Below, in pieces: positions 1-13,301 of a stretch of DNA of 64,000 nucleotides. The notes below the pieces were generated by a model. That model was given only the letters and a program-made list of their open reading frames with translations. It was not told where the DNA came from and searched no databases. The DNA is from Alphaproteobacteria bacterium (lineage in GTDB: Bacteria > Pseudomonadota > Alphaproteobacteria > Rs-D84): positions 270-64,269 of the forward strand of contig JAFURB010000010.1 in assembly GCA_017472065.1 (NCBI GenBank), given 5' to 3'. Numbering within the stretch: the stretch's first letter is position 1; each line of letters begins with the position of its first letter. The position numbers were made by a program, and so were the translations under genes.

Positions 1-1596
1 GGACATTTGTGGGTTGGTCGGTTTTTCTTCGGGAATTTCAGTCATAACCGCACCAGTTGTTAACATAACACCGGCGGTAGATGCCGCCGCGGCGATTGCT
101 GTTTTAACAACCTTGGCTGGGTCAATTATACCCGCCGCCATCATGTCAACATATTCATCAGTTTGGGCGTTATAGCCAAAGTTATAATCGGACGATTCCA
201 TAACCTTGCCCACGACGATTTCACCAGATTTGCCCGCGTTTTCTGCGATTTGTGCCATTGGCGCAACAATCGCACGGCGTACAATATCAATACCAACATC
301 TTGGTCGGCATTTGCACCATGTAAATCACGCAGTGCCGCGACCGCGCGGACCAACGCAACACCACCACCGGCAACAATGCCGTCGGCCACGGCGGCACGC
401 GTTGCCGCCAATGCGTCATCGACACGGTCTTTCTTTTCTTTTACCTCTACCTCGGTCATGCCGCCAACCTTGATAACAGCAACACCGCCAACCAATTTCG
501 CCAGACGTTCTGACAATTTTTCACGATCATAGTCACTGGTTGTGGTTGCAATAGCATTGCGAATTTCATCGGCACGCGCCGCAATCGCAGATTTATCACC
601 GCCCCCGTGCGCCAACAATGTTGAATCTTTGGACACGACAACTTTCTTGGCTGTCCCCAGCACCGCCGGTGTGATATTTTCAAATGTCATCCCCATGTCA
701 TCAGAAATAACGGTTGCGCCTGTCACAATCGCGATATCTTTTAACATTTCTTTGCGACGATCGCCAAAGCCCGGGGCCTTGACCGCGCAAACTTTTAATC
801 CGCCACGCAGACGGTTTAATACCAATGTTGCCAATGCTTCGGATTCGACATCTTCGGCGATAATTAATAATGGTTTGCCCGATTGTGCAATCGGTTCCAA
901 GATTGGTAATAATGCCTGCAGACCGGTAATTTTCTTTTCAGAAACCAAGATTTGCGCGCCATCTAATTCCGCCAACATCTTTTCACTGTTTGTGACAAAG
1001 TATGGTGACATAAAGCCTTGGTCAAACTGCATACCTTCGACGACATCGATTTCAGTATCCAGGCCCTTGGCTTCTTCGACGGTGATAACACCTTCTTGGC
1101 CAACACGCGCCATGGCACCTGCGATTTTTTCACCAATATCAGCATCTGAATTTGCAGAAATAGTTGCAACCTGGGCGATTTCCGCACTGTCACGAACCGG
1201 ACGTGCGTGCGCTTCTATATCTGCGATAACCGCATTGGTTGCCAAATCAATTCCGCGTTTGACATCCATTGGATTCATGCCAGCGGCAATAACACGACGA
1301 CCTTCGCGGATTAATTTCTGGGCCAGAACAGTTGCCGTTGTTGTTCCATCACCGGCATCGTCACCGGCTTTTTTAGCAACCTCTTGGACCATGCGCGCGC
1401 CAACATTTTCAGTTGGGTCTTTTAATGACACGGCCTTGGCCACTGTCACGCCGTCTTTGGTCGCAACCGGTGCGCCGTATGATTTTTCAATAACAACCGT
1501 GCGTCCCTTGGGGCCCATGGTGATTTTGACCGCGTTTGCCAATTTATCAACACCCGCCGCCATTTTATCTGTATCAAAAATAATGTCTTTTGCCAT
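1..1596 (-). CDS. groEL: Chaperonin GroEL (partial; C-terminus runs off the window start)
   Basis: Own translation of the minus strand from ATG at 1596 gives [54 protein letters not shown]..., open to position 1 and 18 nt downstream of groES. It is absent from the ORF track because there is no stop in the window. Track ORF 542..1660(+) is its antisense shadow. Confidence 0.95.
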   Translation of the reverse strand, partial: MAKDIIFDTDKMAAGVDKLANAVKITMGPKGRTVVIEKSYGAPVATKDGVTVAKAVSLKDPTENVGARMVQEVAKKAGDDAGDGTTTATVLAQKLIREGRRVIAAGMNPMDVKRGIDLATNAVIADIEAHARPVRDSAEIAQVATISANSDADIGEKIAGAMARVGQEGVITVEEAKGLDTEIDVVEGMQFDQGFMSPYFVTNSEKMLAELDGAQILVSEKKITGLQALLPILEPIAQSGKPLLIIAEDVESEALATLVLNRLRGGLKVCAVKAPGFGDRRKEMLKDIAIVTGATVISDDMGMTFENITPAVLGTAKKVVVSKDSTLLAHGGGDKSAIAARADEIRNAIATTTSDYDREKLSERLAKLVGGVAVIKVGGMTEVEVKEKKDRVDDALAATRAAVADGIVAGGGVALVRAVAALRDLHGANADQDVGIDIVRRAIVAPMAQIAENAGKSGEIVVGKVMESSDYNFGYNAQTDEYVDMMAAGIIDPAKVVKTAIAAAASTAGVMLTTGAVMTEIPEEKPTNPQMS

Positions 1597-1614
1597 TTAT
1601 GATTCCTTTTGTAA

Positions 1615-1902
1615 TTATTCCAAGATTCCCAAGATATCTGTTTCTTTGATTAATACATAGTCACGACCGTCAATCTTAACCTCGTTCACAGATGATGCCC
1701 ATTTTGCGAACAAAACGACATCGTTTTCTTTGACTGTCATTGGGATTAAATCGTCACCCGCATATGCACCGGGACCGACCGCAATAACGCGACCACGTGA
1801 TGGTTTTTCCTGGGCGTTGTCGGGGATAATAATTCCGCCAGCGGTTTTTGTTTCTTCTTCTAATCTTTCCAGCAGAACGTAATTGTGTAATGGTTTAAAC
1901 AT
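1615..1902 (-). CDS. groES: Co-chaperonin GroES
   Basis: 95 aa, MFKPLHNYVLLERLEEETKTAGGIIIPDNAQEKPSRGRVIAVGPG..., a typical Cpn10 sequence immediately upstream of groEL. Confidence 0.96.
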   Translation of the reverse strand: MFKPLHNYVLLERLEEETKTAGGIIIPDNAQEKPSRGRVIAVGPGAYAGDDLIPMTVKENDVVLFAKWASSVNEVKIDGRDYVLIKETDILGILE

Positions 1903-1936
1903 AATAAAATCTCCTTAAATTAAACCTGTACGACTT

Positions 1937-1964
1937 ATATAGTCTAAAAATTGTTGATTTCAAG
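1937..1964 (-). promoter_or_regulatory. Candidate RpoH (sigma32)-type heat-shock promoter of groESL
   Basis: The minus strand reads CTTG(1964-1961)-18 nt-CTATAT(1942-1937), close to the alphaproteobacterial CTTG-N17/18-CYTATNT pattern. No CIRCE inverted repeat was seen. Confidence 0.35.
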
Positions 1965-2010
1965 TATGCATTTTAATATCGTATAAATGAAAAACAAGGG
2001 GAATAAAAAT

Positions 2011-2391
2011 ATGTATGATAAAAATAATGTATTTGCAAAAATGATACGCGGTGAAATACCAACAAACAAGGTCTTTGAAAACGAACATGCGATGTCTTTC
2101 TATGATATCAATCCTATGTTCCAAACCCATGTATTGGTTATCCCCAAGGGACCATATCAAAATATATTGGATTTTTCAAAAAACGCATCGACGGATGAAA
2201 TTATTGGTTTTTGGGACTGTTTTAATAAAACGACTGAAAAACTGGGAATTGATTGTGAATTTAACTGTGTTGCAAATGCAGGCGCAAACGCACCTTTTAT
2301 CAAGCAAAGCGTGTTTCATTTTCACCTGCACTTGGTTGCGGGCGAACGCAAGCCGGCATTTCACGAACAATTGGCGGCGGAATTCAAATAA
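2011..2391 (+). CDS. HIT-family (histidine triad) nucleotide hydrolase
   Basis: Histidine triad HFHLHLV near the C-terminus. Start moved to ATG 2011 (MYDKNNVFAKMIRGEIP), preceded by AAGGGGA. Confidence 0.85.
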   Translation: MYDKNNVFAKMIRGEIPTNKVFENEHAMSFYDINPMFQTHVLVIPKGPYQNILDFSKNASTDEIIGFWDCFNKTTEKLGIDCEFNCVANAGANAPFIKQSVFHFHLHLVAGERKPAFHEQLAAEFK

Positions 2392-2606
2392 TGAGAATTA
2401 CCGTCCGCGTTATTCCACGTGCCAAAATTAATCGGGTTGAAATTCAGCCCGATGGCATTGTGCGCGTTCATACAACAACCGCCCCCACCGACGGCAAGGC
2501 AACAGCGGATGTAATAAAAATGCTGGCGGCGCATTATGGTGTGCCTAAGACCAGCATTAAATTAATTCGTGGAGCAACATCACGTGATAAAATATTTGAG
2601 ATTTAA
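2391..2606 (+). CDS. DUF167/YggU-family small protein
   Basis: 71 aa, MRITVRVIPRAKINRVEIQPDG...VHTTTAPTDGKATADVIKMLAAHYGVPKTSIKLIRGATSRDKIFEI, matching the YggU (UPF0235) pattern. Start overlaps the stop of the HIT gene. Confidence 0.75.
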   Translation: MRITVRVIPRAKINRVEIQPDGIVRVHTTTAPTDGKATADVIKMLAAHYGVPKTSIKLIRGATSRDKIFEI

Positions 2607-3154
2607 GAATCCAAAACCAATTTCATTAATTCTTCGACTGTATTTGCATTGTGCATATTATAGTCGTCCAAGCTTTCTATAAATCCACAATCTATCATAT
2701 GTTTTACCAAATTGCCAAATGGCGCCCAGAAGTTTTCTGAATTCAAAAAGAATAATGGTTTTCTGGTTTCACCAATTTGCTGCATCGTCATGATGTCGGT
2801 CAATTCATTTAGTGTACCAATGCCCCCCGGCAAAATAATAAACGCATCCGACAATTCAAACATGCGTTGTTTGCGTTCATTTACACCATCAACAATTTCA
2901 ACATCGATTTCAGGATGTGCAGGTTCTTGGCGTGCAACAACATCATCGGTCGAAACACCGATAACATGTCCGCCGGCGCGCAATGCCGCCGTTGCAACCG
3001 CCCCCATCAGACCCACATCGCCGCCGCCAAATACCATTTGAATATTATTCTGGGCCAGTTGCGTACCAACCATAATTGCCGCACGATTAAATTCAGGATT
3101 ATTACCAAATTGATGACCACAATATACCGCAACTGTCTTGAAAAACTTTCTCAT
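2603..3154 (-). CDS. LOG-family (TIGR00730) nucleotide phosphoribohydrolase
   Basis: GGGDVGLMG and PGGIGTLNE motifs, 183 aa. Confidence 0.85.
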   Translation of the reverse strand: MRKFFKTVAVYCGHQFGNNPEFNRAAIMVGTQLAQNNIQMVFGGGDVGLMGAVATAALRAGGHVIGVSTDDVVARQEPAHPEIDVEIVDGVNERKQRMFELSDAFIILPGGIGTLNELTDIMTMQQIGETRKPLFFLNSENFWAPFGNLVKHMIDCGFIESLDDYNMHNANTVEELMKLVLDS

Positions 3155-3204
3155 ATTCTTTTTTCCCTTTATTTTCAGAAATTATAGCATAAAATACCAA
3201 AACA

Positions 3205-4194
3205 ATGAACGAAAACTTTGTTAATTTTGTTCGAAAATATTCCGATACACCCATTGCCGCCGCGGTCAGTGGGGGTGTTGATTCGGTGTGTATGTTGGTG
3301 TGGTTGGTAAAATGCGGATTAAATGTCACGGCACTGCATGTTAATCACGGATTGCGTGATGCCGCAGACACAGAAACACAATATGTCGCAGATTTGTGCA
3401 AACAAATGAATATCCCATGCCAGATTTTTTATTGGACAGATGACAAACCCACCACCGGTATCGAGGCCGCTGCACGCAACGCACGATATAAATTTATGAC
3501 AGATTGGTGTCACGAAAACGGTATTAACACATTGATGCTGGCCCACCAGGCAGATGACCAGATTGAAACTTTTTTAATGAATCTGGGGCGTGGCAGTGGC
3601 CTGTATGGTTTGGCGGCCATAGCGCGCGAAAGTGAACGCGATGGGGTAAAAATTGTTCGACCAATGCTGAACGTATATCGTGATGAACTGATAAAATATT
3701 GCGAAAAAAATAGCATCAAATACTTTGTTGACGAAATGAACAGTGATGAACAATACACACGCGTTCGTATTCGCAAAAATCGTCATTTATTATCTGAAAA
3801 ACTGGGAATTGATGATGCGCGCATCTTGTTGGCGATTGAAAACCTGGGGCGTGTGCGCGATGCAATAACATCGGACATTGATGCAATGATTGAATCTGTG
3901 ATTTGTCGTGGTGGCGCGATGTTCAGTGATTCTTTTCTATTTGACCAGGCACCCGATATTAGACTAAAGTTTATTGGCACACTGATTAAAAAAATTGGGG
4001 GGGATGATTATCAGCCGCGCTTGAAATCATTGGCCGGCGCACTAGATAAATTATCAAACGATTGCAAATTTACCCTGGGGCATTGTACAATACGCAGACT
4101 GGGGGAAAAAATTCTGGTCGTACCAGAAGGTTCACGTACAACATTTAGGAAAAGAAATGAGAAAAATAAAAGACACACTGCAAAACAAAACTAA
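3205..4194 (+). CDS. tilS: tRNA(Ile)-lysidine synthase
   Basis: N-terminal PP-loop AVSGGVDSVCM, 329 aa, conserved position directly upstream of ftsH. Confidence 0.85.
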   Translation: MNENFVNFVRKYSDTPIAAAVSGGVDSVCMLVWLVKCGLNVTALHVNHGLRDAADTETQYVADLCKQMNIPCQIFYWTDDKPTTGIEAAARNARYKFMTDWCHENGINTLMLAHQADDQIETFLMNLGRGSGLYGLAAIARESERDGVKIVRPMLNVYRDELIKYCEKNSIKYFVDEMNSDEQYTRVRIRKNRHLLSEKLGIDDARILLAIENLGRVRDAITSDIDAMIESVICRGGAMFSDSFLFDQAPDIRLKFIGTLIKKIGGDDYQPRLKSLAGALDKLSNDCKFTLGHCTIRRLGEKILVVPEGSRTTFRKRNEKNKRHTAKQN

Positions 4195-6079
4195 TAAAAA
4201 CCTGAACAACACGATGAAAAAACGCGATCGGTCTGGATGGTTCTTGGGATTATTTGCAGTTTTGTTTGTTATGGTGGTTGGGCGCGCATTTTTAATTGGT
4301 GGTGCACCGATGATTGGGATGCAAAACAATATGTCTGCGAATCAACGGGCGACGGTGTTAAACTTTTCCGATGTGTTGCGTCGTGCAGATGATATTCAAA
4401 CCATGGAAATTCGCGGTAATGATGCGCGTGGCGTATTAAAAGACGGCACAAAATACACCGCAACAATTACATATGACCCAGAATTATTAACCAAAATTTC
4501 TGAATCTGGGGCAAATGTTTCGATTGATTCATCACGCGGTTTTGTCGATGTATTGGGAACATGGTTGCCGATTGTTATTGGGTTGTTCTTTATATGGTGG
4601 ATTTTCCGTGGTTTGCGTGGCGGGCCGGCCGGTGGCATTGGTCGCAGTCTGGTAAATCAAAACCCAACCAAAATTACAACAGGCAAACCAGGCACAACAT
4701 TCAAAGATGTGGCCGGTATCGATTCAGAAAAACAGGAATTGGCGGAAATTGTCGATTTCCTGCGGAACAAGGATAAATACCAAAGTGTTGGCGCACGTGT
4801 TCCGCGTGGTGTTCTGTTGTCGGGCGAACCGGGTACGGGTAAAACATTGCTGGCCCGTGCCATCGCAGGCGAAGCAAATGTACCGTTCTTTGCAACATCG
4901 GGATCTGATTTTTCTGGGATTATTGTAGGGCTGGGGGTTGCCAAGATTAAAGAGATGTTTGAAATGGCAAAACGCAACGCGCCATGCATTTTATTCATCG
5001 ACGAAATCGATGCAATCGGTCAAAGACGCAGTGCACACTCGTTCAATGACCAAGATCGCGAACAAACATTGAATCAATTACTGATTGAAATGGACGGATT
5101 TGCAAATAATACAGGTATCATTGTTATCGGGGCAACAAATCGTCCAGATATGCTGGATTCGGCACTGTTGCGCCCAGGCCGCTTTGACCGCCAGGTTCAT
5201 ATTGAATTACCAGACATGGCGGGCCGAAACGAGATATTAAAACTGTATGCGGGACGTGTCAAAATGGATACGGATGTAAACCTGCACGATGTGGCGCGCG
5301 GAACAACCGGTTTTTCAGGCGCAGATTTGGAAAATCTGTTGAACGAAGCGGCACTGCACGCGGTGCGTCATGGTCGCAAAGAAATTTCACCAATTGATAT
5401 CGAAGAAGCGCGTGACAAGATTATCATGGGACCACGTAAATTACGAAAAATGCGCCCAGAAGACATTAAACTGACCGCATATCACGAAGCGGGCCATGCG
5501 TTCGTTAGCATGATATATTCCGATGTCACAGATCCAATTCACAAGGCGACAATTATTCCACGTGGTCGCGCGTTGGGGATGGTTCAGCATCTGCCAATTG
5601 ATGACAAGGTTTCAATGACCCTGGCCGAGGTTCGTGCCAACCTGGCAATCGCATTGGCCGGACGCAGTGCCGAAGAATTATTCTTTGGCGCAGATAAAAT
5701 CACCACCGGCGCAGAAAGCGACATCGCAATGGCGACACGTCTGGCACGCTATTCAATCACAACGGCGGGATTGTCGAATAAACTGGGGCTGGCGGCGATT
5801 AATCAGGTGTCTGCAATTGGCACGCGTGGCGCGCTGGAAAACGCATCAGAAAAAACCGCAGAAATGGTTGATGCGGAAATACGTTCATGGCTTGACACGG
5901 CACACAAGGATGCGACCAAGTTATTAACAAAAAATCGCAAGACCGTAGAAAAATTAGCAACAGAATTGCTGAACCGTGAAACATTAACAGGCGACGAAAT
6001 CCGTGAAATTGTTTTCGGCAAGAAAAAGAACACACCTAAGAAGACATCAAAAAAATCTGATGCAAAGTCCAAGAAATAA
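4157..6079 (+). CDS. ftsH: ATP-dependent zinc metalloprotease FtsH
   Basis: Walker [15 protein letters not shown] second region of homology, zinc motif HEAGHA, N-terminal TM segments. The start could also be ATG 4214. Confidence 0.96.
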   Translation: MRKIKDTLQNKTNKNLNNTMKKRDRSGWFLGLFAVLFVMVVGRAFLIGGAPMIGMQNNMSANQRATVLNFSDVLRRADDIQTMEIRGNDARGVLKDGTKYTATITYDPELLTKISESGANVSIDSSRGFVDVLGTWLPIVIGLFFIWWIFRGLRGGPAGGIGRSLVNQNPTKITTGKPGTTFKDVAGIDSEKQELAEIVDFLRNKDKYQSVGARVPRGVLLSGEPGTGKTLLARAIAGEANVPFFATSGSDFSGIIVGLGVAKIKEMFEMAKRNAPCILFIDEIDAIGQRRSAHSFNDQDREQTLNQLLIEMDGFANNTGIIVIGATNRPDMLDSALLRPGRFDRQVHIELPDMAGRNEILKLYAGRVKMDTDVNLHDVARGTTGFSGADLENLLNEAALHAVRHGRKEISPIDIEEARDKIIMGPRKLRKMRPEDIKLTAYHEAGHAFVSMIYSDVTDPIHKATIIPRGRALGMVQHLPIDDKVSMTLAEVRANLAIALAGRSAEELFFGADKITTGAESDIAMATRLARYSITTAGLSNKLGLAAINQVSAIGTRGALENASEKTAEMVDAEIRSWLDTAHKDATKLLTKNRKTVEKLATELLNRETLTGDEIREIVFGKKKNTPKKTSKKSDAKSKK

Positions 6080-6095
6080 ATTTGAAATTGTTCAA

Positions 6096-6704
6096 ATGTC
6101 ACCACAGAACACAAATTCTGTGGTGCTTTTTGATGGCGATAAATGTGTGGTGTTTGACCCGTGGGGGCGCGCCGATGATTGGCAAAAATATTTTGTTTCG
6201 CACGATGTTACGCCCACTGCGATTTATGCGACCCATGGCCATCCAGATCATATTTCCGCCGCCGCAGAATTGGCCACGCGATTTAATATTGATTGGTATA
6301 TGTCGCACATGGATTTAGATTTGATTGAGTGGGGCAATGGTTTGCTGGATTATTTTAATTTGCCAAAGCTGTCACCAAATGACAAAGCGCCAATTGATAT
6401 AAAAACCGGTGAATATACGGTTTTGTCCGATATAAAAATGCATGTGATTGCTTTGCCCGGACATACACGTGGTGGTGTTGGATATTTTTTCCCAGATTAT
6501 GGGGTGTTCCTTGTTGGGGATACGCTGTTCCAGGATTCATATGGCCGCACAGATTTGCCCGGTGGTGATGATGGAACATTATTTCAATCAATTGGCAAAA
6601 TTTATGATATGAATTTACCAGACACAACAATCGTTATTCATGGTCATGGTATGCATACCACAATTGGATGGCTGAAAGAAAACAATCCATTTTTTAAGAA
6701 ATAA
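6096..6704 (+). CDS. MBL-fold metallo-hydrolase (glyoxalase II-like)
   Basis: THGHPDH metal-binding motif and later HGHG. Start moved to ATG 6096, after the ftsH stop at 6077-6079. Confidence 0.8.
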   Translation: MSPQNTNSVVLFDGDKCVVFDPWGRADDWQKYFVSHDVTPTAIYATHGHPDHISAAAELATRFNIDWYMSHMDLDLIEWGNGLLDYFNLPKLSPNDKAPIDIKTGEYTVLSDIKMHVIALPGHTRGGVGYFFPDYGVFLVGDTLFQDSYGRTDLPGGDDGTLFQSIGKIYDMNLPDTTIVIHGHGMHTTIGWLKENNPFFKK

Positions 6705-6730
6705 AAAACCGGCATTGCCGGCTTTTATTT
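6704..6730. terminator. Bidirectional intrinsic terminator between the MBL hydrolase gene and secG
   Basis: AAAAAACCGGC-ATT-GCCGGCTTTTATTT hairpin flanked by A and T runs, between convergent genes. Confidence 0.7.
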
Positions 6731-6732
6731 AA

Positions 6733-7074
6733 TTATTTAGATTCTGTTTGTGTCGGTGTGTCAGCCGTGCTTTGCGCTGGGGCGGTTGTGGCACCTTGGT
6801 CTATAATTTCTTGGCGCAGGTGACTTTGCTGGGTTGCCATATCGGTCTTTGATGCAACCAATGCCAATGCTGCACATAAAATAAAGAACATTGTTGCCAA
6901 CCATGCCGTCGCACGGGTTAAAAAGTTACCAGCCGCCGCACCCGTTAATGCGCCACCAAACATCGATGCCGCCGACGAACCAGACATGCCAGACCCTTCA
7001 GACTTTTGTAACAAAATGATACCAATCATAAATACTGCAACGATAATTAACAGAACCAGTAAAATTGAAAACAT
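6733..7074 (-). CDS. secG: Preprotein translocase subunit SecG
   Basis: MFSILLVLLIIVAVFMIGIILLQKSEGSGMSG..., two hydrophobic segments. Start moved to the internal ATG at 7074. Confidence 0.85.
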   Translation of the reverse strand: MFSILLVLLIIVAVFMIGIILLQKSEGSGMSGSSAASMFGGALTGAAAGNFLTRATAWLATMFFILCAALALVASKTDMATQQSHLRQEIIDQGATTAPAQSTADTPTQTESK

Positions 7075-7120
7075 ATTTTTTCCTTTTGATATTTTTATCA
7101 CATTGATTTTATAGGGCCAT

Positions 7121-7756
7121 TTACGAAATTGCAAGGATTTTCAGCAATTCATCGGCGGCGGCAATACTGGCCGCTTTTTTTGATGTGCCGGTGGCGGTGG
7201 CGGATTTGCCCATTGCACTGACACGAACACTGAATTCTGGGCAATGCGATGCACCCGTTGGGGTCAGATAATTATACAGTGGCAATGCACCATTATCGTT
7301 CTTTTGAACATATTCTTGTAACTTTGTTTTCGGATCTTTTGGGGCAACAACATTTTCACGTGCCAATTCAGTCCATATTCCCATAACAACCGCACGCGCG
7401 GCACGCCAACCACTGTCGATAAATATTGCGCCAAGGACAGCCTCCATCGCATCGGCCAACATGTGTTGCTGACGCCCACCGGTTAAATGACCATGACGAA
7501 TTTGTCTGTGCAACCCCAGACGCACCGCCACATTGGCCAGTGTCTTGGTCGAAACCAATAGTGCATGGCGACGCGCCAAATCCCCTTCGGGTTCGGCGGG
7601 GAACATGTTGTACAGCAATTCTGCAACAACCAATCCCAAGACACGGTCACCGACAAATTCCAACCGTTCGTTATTATTCGCGGCATTGGCACCACTTTGC
7701 GTTAATGCCAAATCCAATAATGCCTGATTTCTAAAAGTATAGTTTAATTTTTCCAT
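7121..7756 (-). CDS. rnc: Ribonuclease III
   Basis: RNase III signature ERLEFVGDRVLG plus a C-terminal dsRNA-binding-like segment. Located downstream of lepB as in many bacteria. Confidence 0.9.
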   Translation of the reverse strand: MEKLNYTFRNQALLDLALTQSGANAANNNERLEFVGDRVLGLVVAELLYNMFPAEPEGDLARRHALLVSTKTLANVAVRLGLHRQIRHGHLTGGRQQHMLADAMEAVLGAIFIDSGWRAARAVVMGIWTELARENVVAPKDPKTKLQEYVQKNDNGALPLYNYLTPTGASHCPEFSVRVSAMGKSATATGTSKKAASIAAADELLKILAIS

Positions 7757-7757
7757 C

Positions 7758-8711
7758 TTATTTCACACCCATCCCAAATCTGTTCCAGCGCATTTTGTTA
7801 CCCCATGACCATACCGCCAACATTGGCGCATAGTAATTATGCGAATACCATGTGAACCAAACGCGCCCCAAGACATTGTCACGCGGCACAAATCCAACAT
7901 GCATGCGACTGTCACCACTGTTATCACGGTTGTCACCCATAAAGAACAAATGTTTTTCAGGTACCGTAAACACCGCTGTATTGTCCGAATAACGTTCATT
8001 ATCCGATGTTTCAATTATGCTGTGCGAAACACCATTTGGCAATGTTTCTGTGTATTCGGTCATAATAAATATTCCACATGGCACATCGGATGGTTTCCAG
8101 TTCCCTTCGGATACGGGCAGTTTTTCACCGTCTGGGCCAGTGTAAAGATTTATAACACGTTTGTACTGATTACTGCACATCGGGCTGTATTGAATCGTAT
8201 AATTAAATTCAGCCGGCTTGTTATCAACATAGATTTTATTGCCGTCTATTTCAAATGTGCCATTTTCATATTTACCACGTTTAGGTTCTGTGGGTAAAAC
8301 CGCCCAGACATATGGACGTGGATTTTCACGCTTAACCTGTTCACCATTTATGTGCAAACGACCATTAATCATCTGAATCTTGTCGCCGGGTTTGCCAATC
8401 AGGCGTTTAACATAATCCTGGGATTCATCAACAGGATTGCGAAATACAATTATGTCGCCAATTTCTGGTTCAGTCGCCCAGAAACGACCGTTCCACAATT
8501 TCCATGATCCAAAAGGAAACGAATAACGCGAATACCCATATGACCATTTAGTCACAAAAATATGATCGCCCACATGCAGTGTTGGTATCATTGATCCAGA
8601 CGGGATATTAAACGGTTCCAACAACAGACTGCGAAATACAATCGCAATCAATGCACCATAGAATATTGTATTAAACCATTCACGTGCGACATTTTTATTT
8701 TTTGCGGGCAT
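7758..8711 (-). CDS. lepB: Signal peptidase I
   Basis: Catalytic Ser box SGSMIPTL, box E GDNRDNSGDSR, N-terminal TM segment. Confidence 0.92.
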   Translation of the reverse strand: MPAKNKNVAREWFNTIFYGALIAIVFRSLLLEPFNIPSGSMIPTLHVGDHIFVTKWSYGYSRYSFPFGSWKLWNGRFWATEPEIGDIIVFRNPVDESQDYVKRLIGKPGDKIQMINGRLHINGEQVKRENPRPYVWAVLPTEPKRGKYENGTFEIDGNKIYVDNKPAEFNYTIQYSPMCSNQYKRVINLYTGPDGEKLPVSEGNWKPSDVPCGIFIMTEYTETLPNGVSHSIIETSDNERYSDNTAVFTVPEKHLFFMGDNRDNSGDSRMHVGFVPRDNVLGRVWFTWYSHNYYAPMLAVWSWGNKMRWNRFGMGVK

Positions 8712-8780
8712 AAAAAATCCTTTCTTGATGGGGGTATTTTAGACCTTGAAATCAAGTAACGCAAGTTATAATATGCATGT

Positions 8781-10304
8781 ATGATTTCATTAAATTCTGT
8801 TATCTTTAACGGCATGGATGCAACACGCATCGATGTCCAGGTTCAATTAGCAAACGGTTTTGCAAAACCCGAATTTAATATTATTGGATTGGCCGATCGC
8901 GCAGTCAAAGAATCTGCAGAACGGATACGAAATGTTTTGTCGGCATTGAATTTGGCCCTGCCCCCGAAAAGATTAACGGTTAACCTGTCGCCGGCCGATG
9001 TGGAAAAAAGCGGTTCGCATTTTGATTTGCCAATACTGTGCGGAATATTGTGTGCAATTGGAATCCTGCCCGAAGATAGGTTATCAAAATACCTGATACT
9101 GGGCGAAGTTGGACTGAACGGCGCAATTGTACGAACCGATGCCGTATTGCCCGCCGGCGTATGGGCCAAGAATAATGGTCTAGGTTTAATTTGCCCCGGT
9201 CCCCAATGGGCCGAGGCCCGATTGTCCAGCCACGATGATATTTTGGCACCGCACCATGTACTGGAATTAATTAACCATTTCAATGGCACATCACCATTAC
9301 AATTCCCAGACGCCCCATCTGCACCAGATGCGGATGTAAAACACAATATCGATATGGCTGATGTTCATGGCCAGGCCGCAGCCAAGCGCGCACTGGAAAT
9401 CGCGGCCGCCGGTGGTCACGCAATGTTAATGGTTGGTCCCCCGGGATCGGGTAAAACAATGCTGGCATCGCGATTGCCAACAATTATGCCAGAAATGAGT
9501 GCCGAAGAAATTCTGGAAACATCAATCATATATTCCATTGCAGGTCAATTGGATAATAAAAGCCTGGTATCAACACGCCCGTTCCGCAGTGTTCACCACA
9601 CATCCAGTCCGGTCGCGTTGGCCGGGGGCAGTTCTGATGCACGCCCGGGGGAAATATCATTGGCACACAATGGCGTATTATTCTTGGATGAATTGCCAGA
9701 ATTTAACCGGGCAACACTGGAAATTCTGCGCCAACCAATGGAAAGTGGCAAGATACTGATTTCGCGCGCGCGGCGCAATGCAACATATCCGGCGCGTTTT
9801 CAATTAATCGCAGCAATGAACCCATGTCCGTGTGGGCATTTGGGCAATGCCGCGATGTCTTGTTCACGCGCACCCCGCTGTGCCGAAGCATACCAGAATA
9901 AAATATCGGGTCCCCTGTTGGATCGAATTGATTTACATGTCGATGTTGATGCGGTAAACCCATGGGAAATGAAGAACAACGACAACACCCCACGCGAAAC
10001 CAGCGAACAAATCCGCGCACGCGTTGTTGCCGCACGCAATCGCCAAATCGCACGCCAGGGTCATGTTAATGCAACACTGGATGGTCCAGAATTGGAACGT
10101 GTGGCATGTTTAAGCGATGATTTAACAGAATTCTTGAATACAGCCGCAGAAAAGATGGGCATGTCGGCGCGTGGATATAACCGCATAAAGCGTCTGGCAC
10201 GGACAATTGCCGATTTGCGTGGTAGTGATGACATAGAAATGGCCGACCTGGCCGAGGCACTATCATACCGCCCAATCAATCGTGGTAAATACGGCGTTAA
10301 ATAA
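8781..10304 (+). CDS. comM: YifB/ComM-family Mg-chelatase-like ATPase
   Basis: N-terminal Lon-protease-like domain, Walker A GPPGSGKTM, GVLFLDELPEF, 507 aa. Confidence 0.9.
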   Translation: MISLNSVIFNGMDATRIDVQVQLANGFAKPEFNIIGLADRAVKESAERIRNVLSALNLALPPKRLTVNLSPADVEKSGSHFDLPILCGILCAIGILPEDRLSKYLILGEVGLNGAIVRTDAVLPAGVWAKNNGLGLICPGPQWAEARLSSHDDILAPHHVLELINHFNGTSPLQFPDAPSAPDADVKHNIDMADVHGQAAAKRALEIAAAGGHAMLMVGPPGSGKTMLASRLPTIMPEMSAEEILETSIIYSIAGQLDNKSLVSTRPFRSVHHTSSPVALAGGSSDARPGEISLAHNGVLFLDELPEFNRATLEILRQPMESGKILISRARRNATYPARFQLIAAMNPCPCGHLGNAAMSCSRAPRCAEAYQNKISGPLLDRIDLHVDVDAVNPWEMKNNDNTPRETSEQIRARVVAARNRQIARQGHVNATLDGPELERVACLSDDLTEFLNTAAEKMGMSARGYNRIKRLARTIADLRGSDDIEMADLAEALSYRPINRGKYGVK

Positions 10305-10315
10305 ATCAGGCGAAT

Positions 10316-12580
<2,265 letters not shown>

Positions 12581-13255
12581 TCACTTTTTGTTATTTTTTC
12601 CATCAACTACCGGCCTCAAATGATTTGCCAGGTTTAATGCGGCAACACTGTCCGCGTCCAGCCAATCTAATATCCGCCCCATTATGTTTTCAACATATTT
12701 CCCAGAAACATGCCGATTTTTATGAAATTTACTTTCGTTTATCAGGTGCGCCATATCACGCGCCATAGATGATAAAATCTGGGTTTGGTCGGGGGATAAT
12801 ACATTTGTTTGACTGTTCCGAAACAGCAATGTATCCAAATCATTATGACAAGCATGCAACATATCCATAACACGTGGCGTGATATTTAGCCGACGTGATA
12901 TTTCCGGCGCGCGCCATACCAACATTCTGTTCAAGTTTTCTAAACTTAATTTATTGTGAACCCCCATTGCATCGCGCAACATTAATATCGTGTTGACCAG
13001 AACTGAATTTAATTTATCAGACATACTGTGGGCGACGGATTTCTTCATCTGGTTCGCGACACGTGAATTTGTGTAATCGTACAGTAAAAACACCAATGGT
13101 ATCGACAGTAATGATGCAGATACATTTATAACTAAATCACGGATATTATCGTTTGGGGCGTTATCAATGGCGCCTGTGTATAAAATAATTCCACCGGCAA
13201 TTGATAATAAATACGGAATTGATTTTAACAAAAAATTGCGGATATTTATTTTCAT
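12581..13255 (-). CDS. Hypothetical membrane protein
   Basis: 224-aa ORF with two N-terminal hydrophobic segments. No recognisable family. Confidence 0.45.
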   Translation of the reverse strand: MKINIRNFLLKSIPYLLSIAGGIILYTGAIDNAPNDNIRDLVINVSASLLSIPLVFLLYDYTNSRVANQMKKSVAHSMSDKLNSVLVNTILMLRDAMGVHNKLSLENLNRMLVWRAPEISRRLNITPRVMDMLHACHNDLDTLLFRNSQTNVLSPDQTQILSSMARDMAHLINESKFHKNRHVSGKYVENIMGRILDWLDADSVAALNLANHLRPVVDGKNNKK

Positions 13256-13301
13256 ATCCGCATTGTATATTTTTTATCTGACAATATGTACAGGAACGAA
13301 A

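Noticed and set aside
542-1660. 372-aa plus-strand ORF
   Set aside because: It is the antisense shadow of groEL. The minus strand gives an unmistakable GroEL sequence, whereas this ORF is low-complexity (Ala/Ser/Ile-rich) with no RBS.
1903-1990. CIRCE (HrcA operator) upstream of groES
   Set aside because: No TTAGCACTC-N9-GAGTGCTAA-like inverted repeat is present. Only a weak TTAGACT..AGTCGTA similarity was seen.
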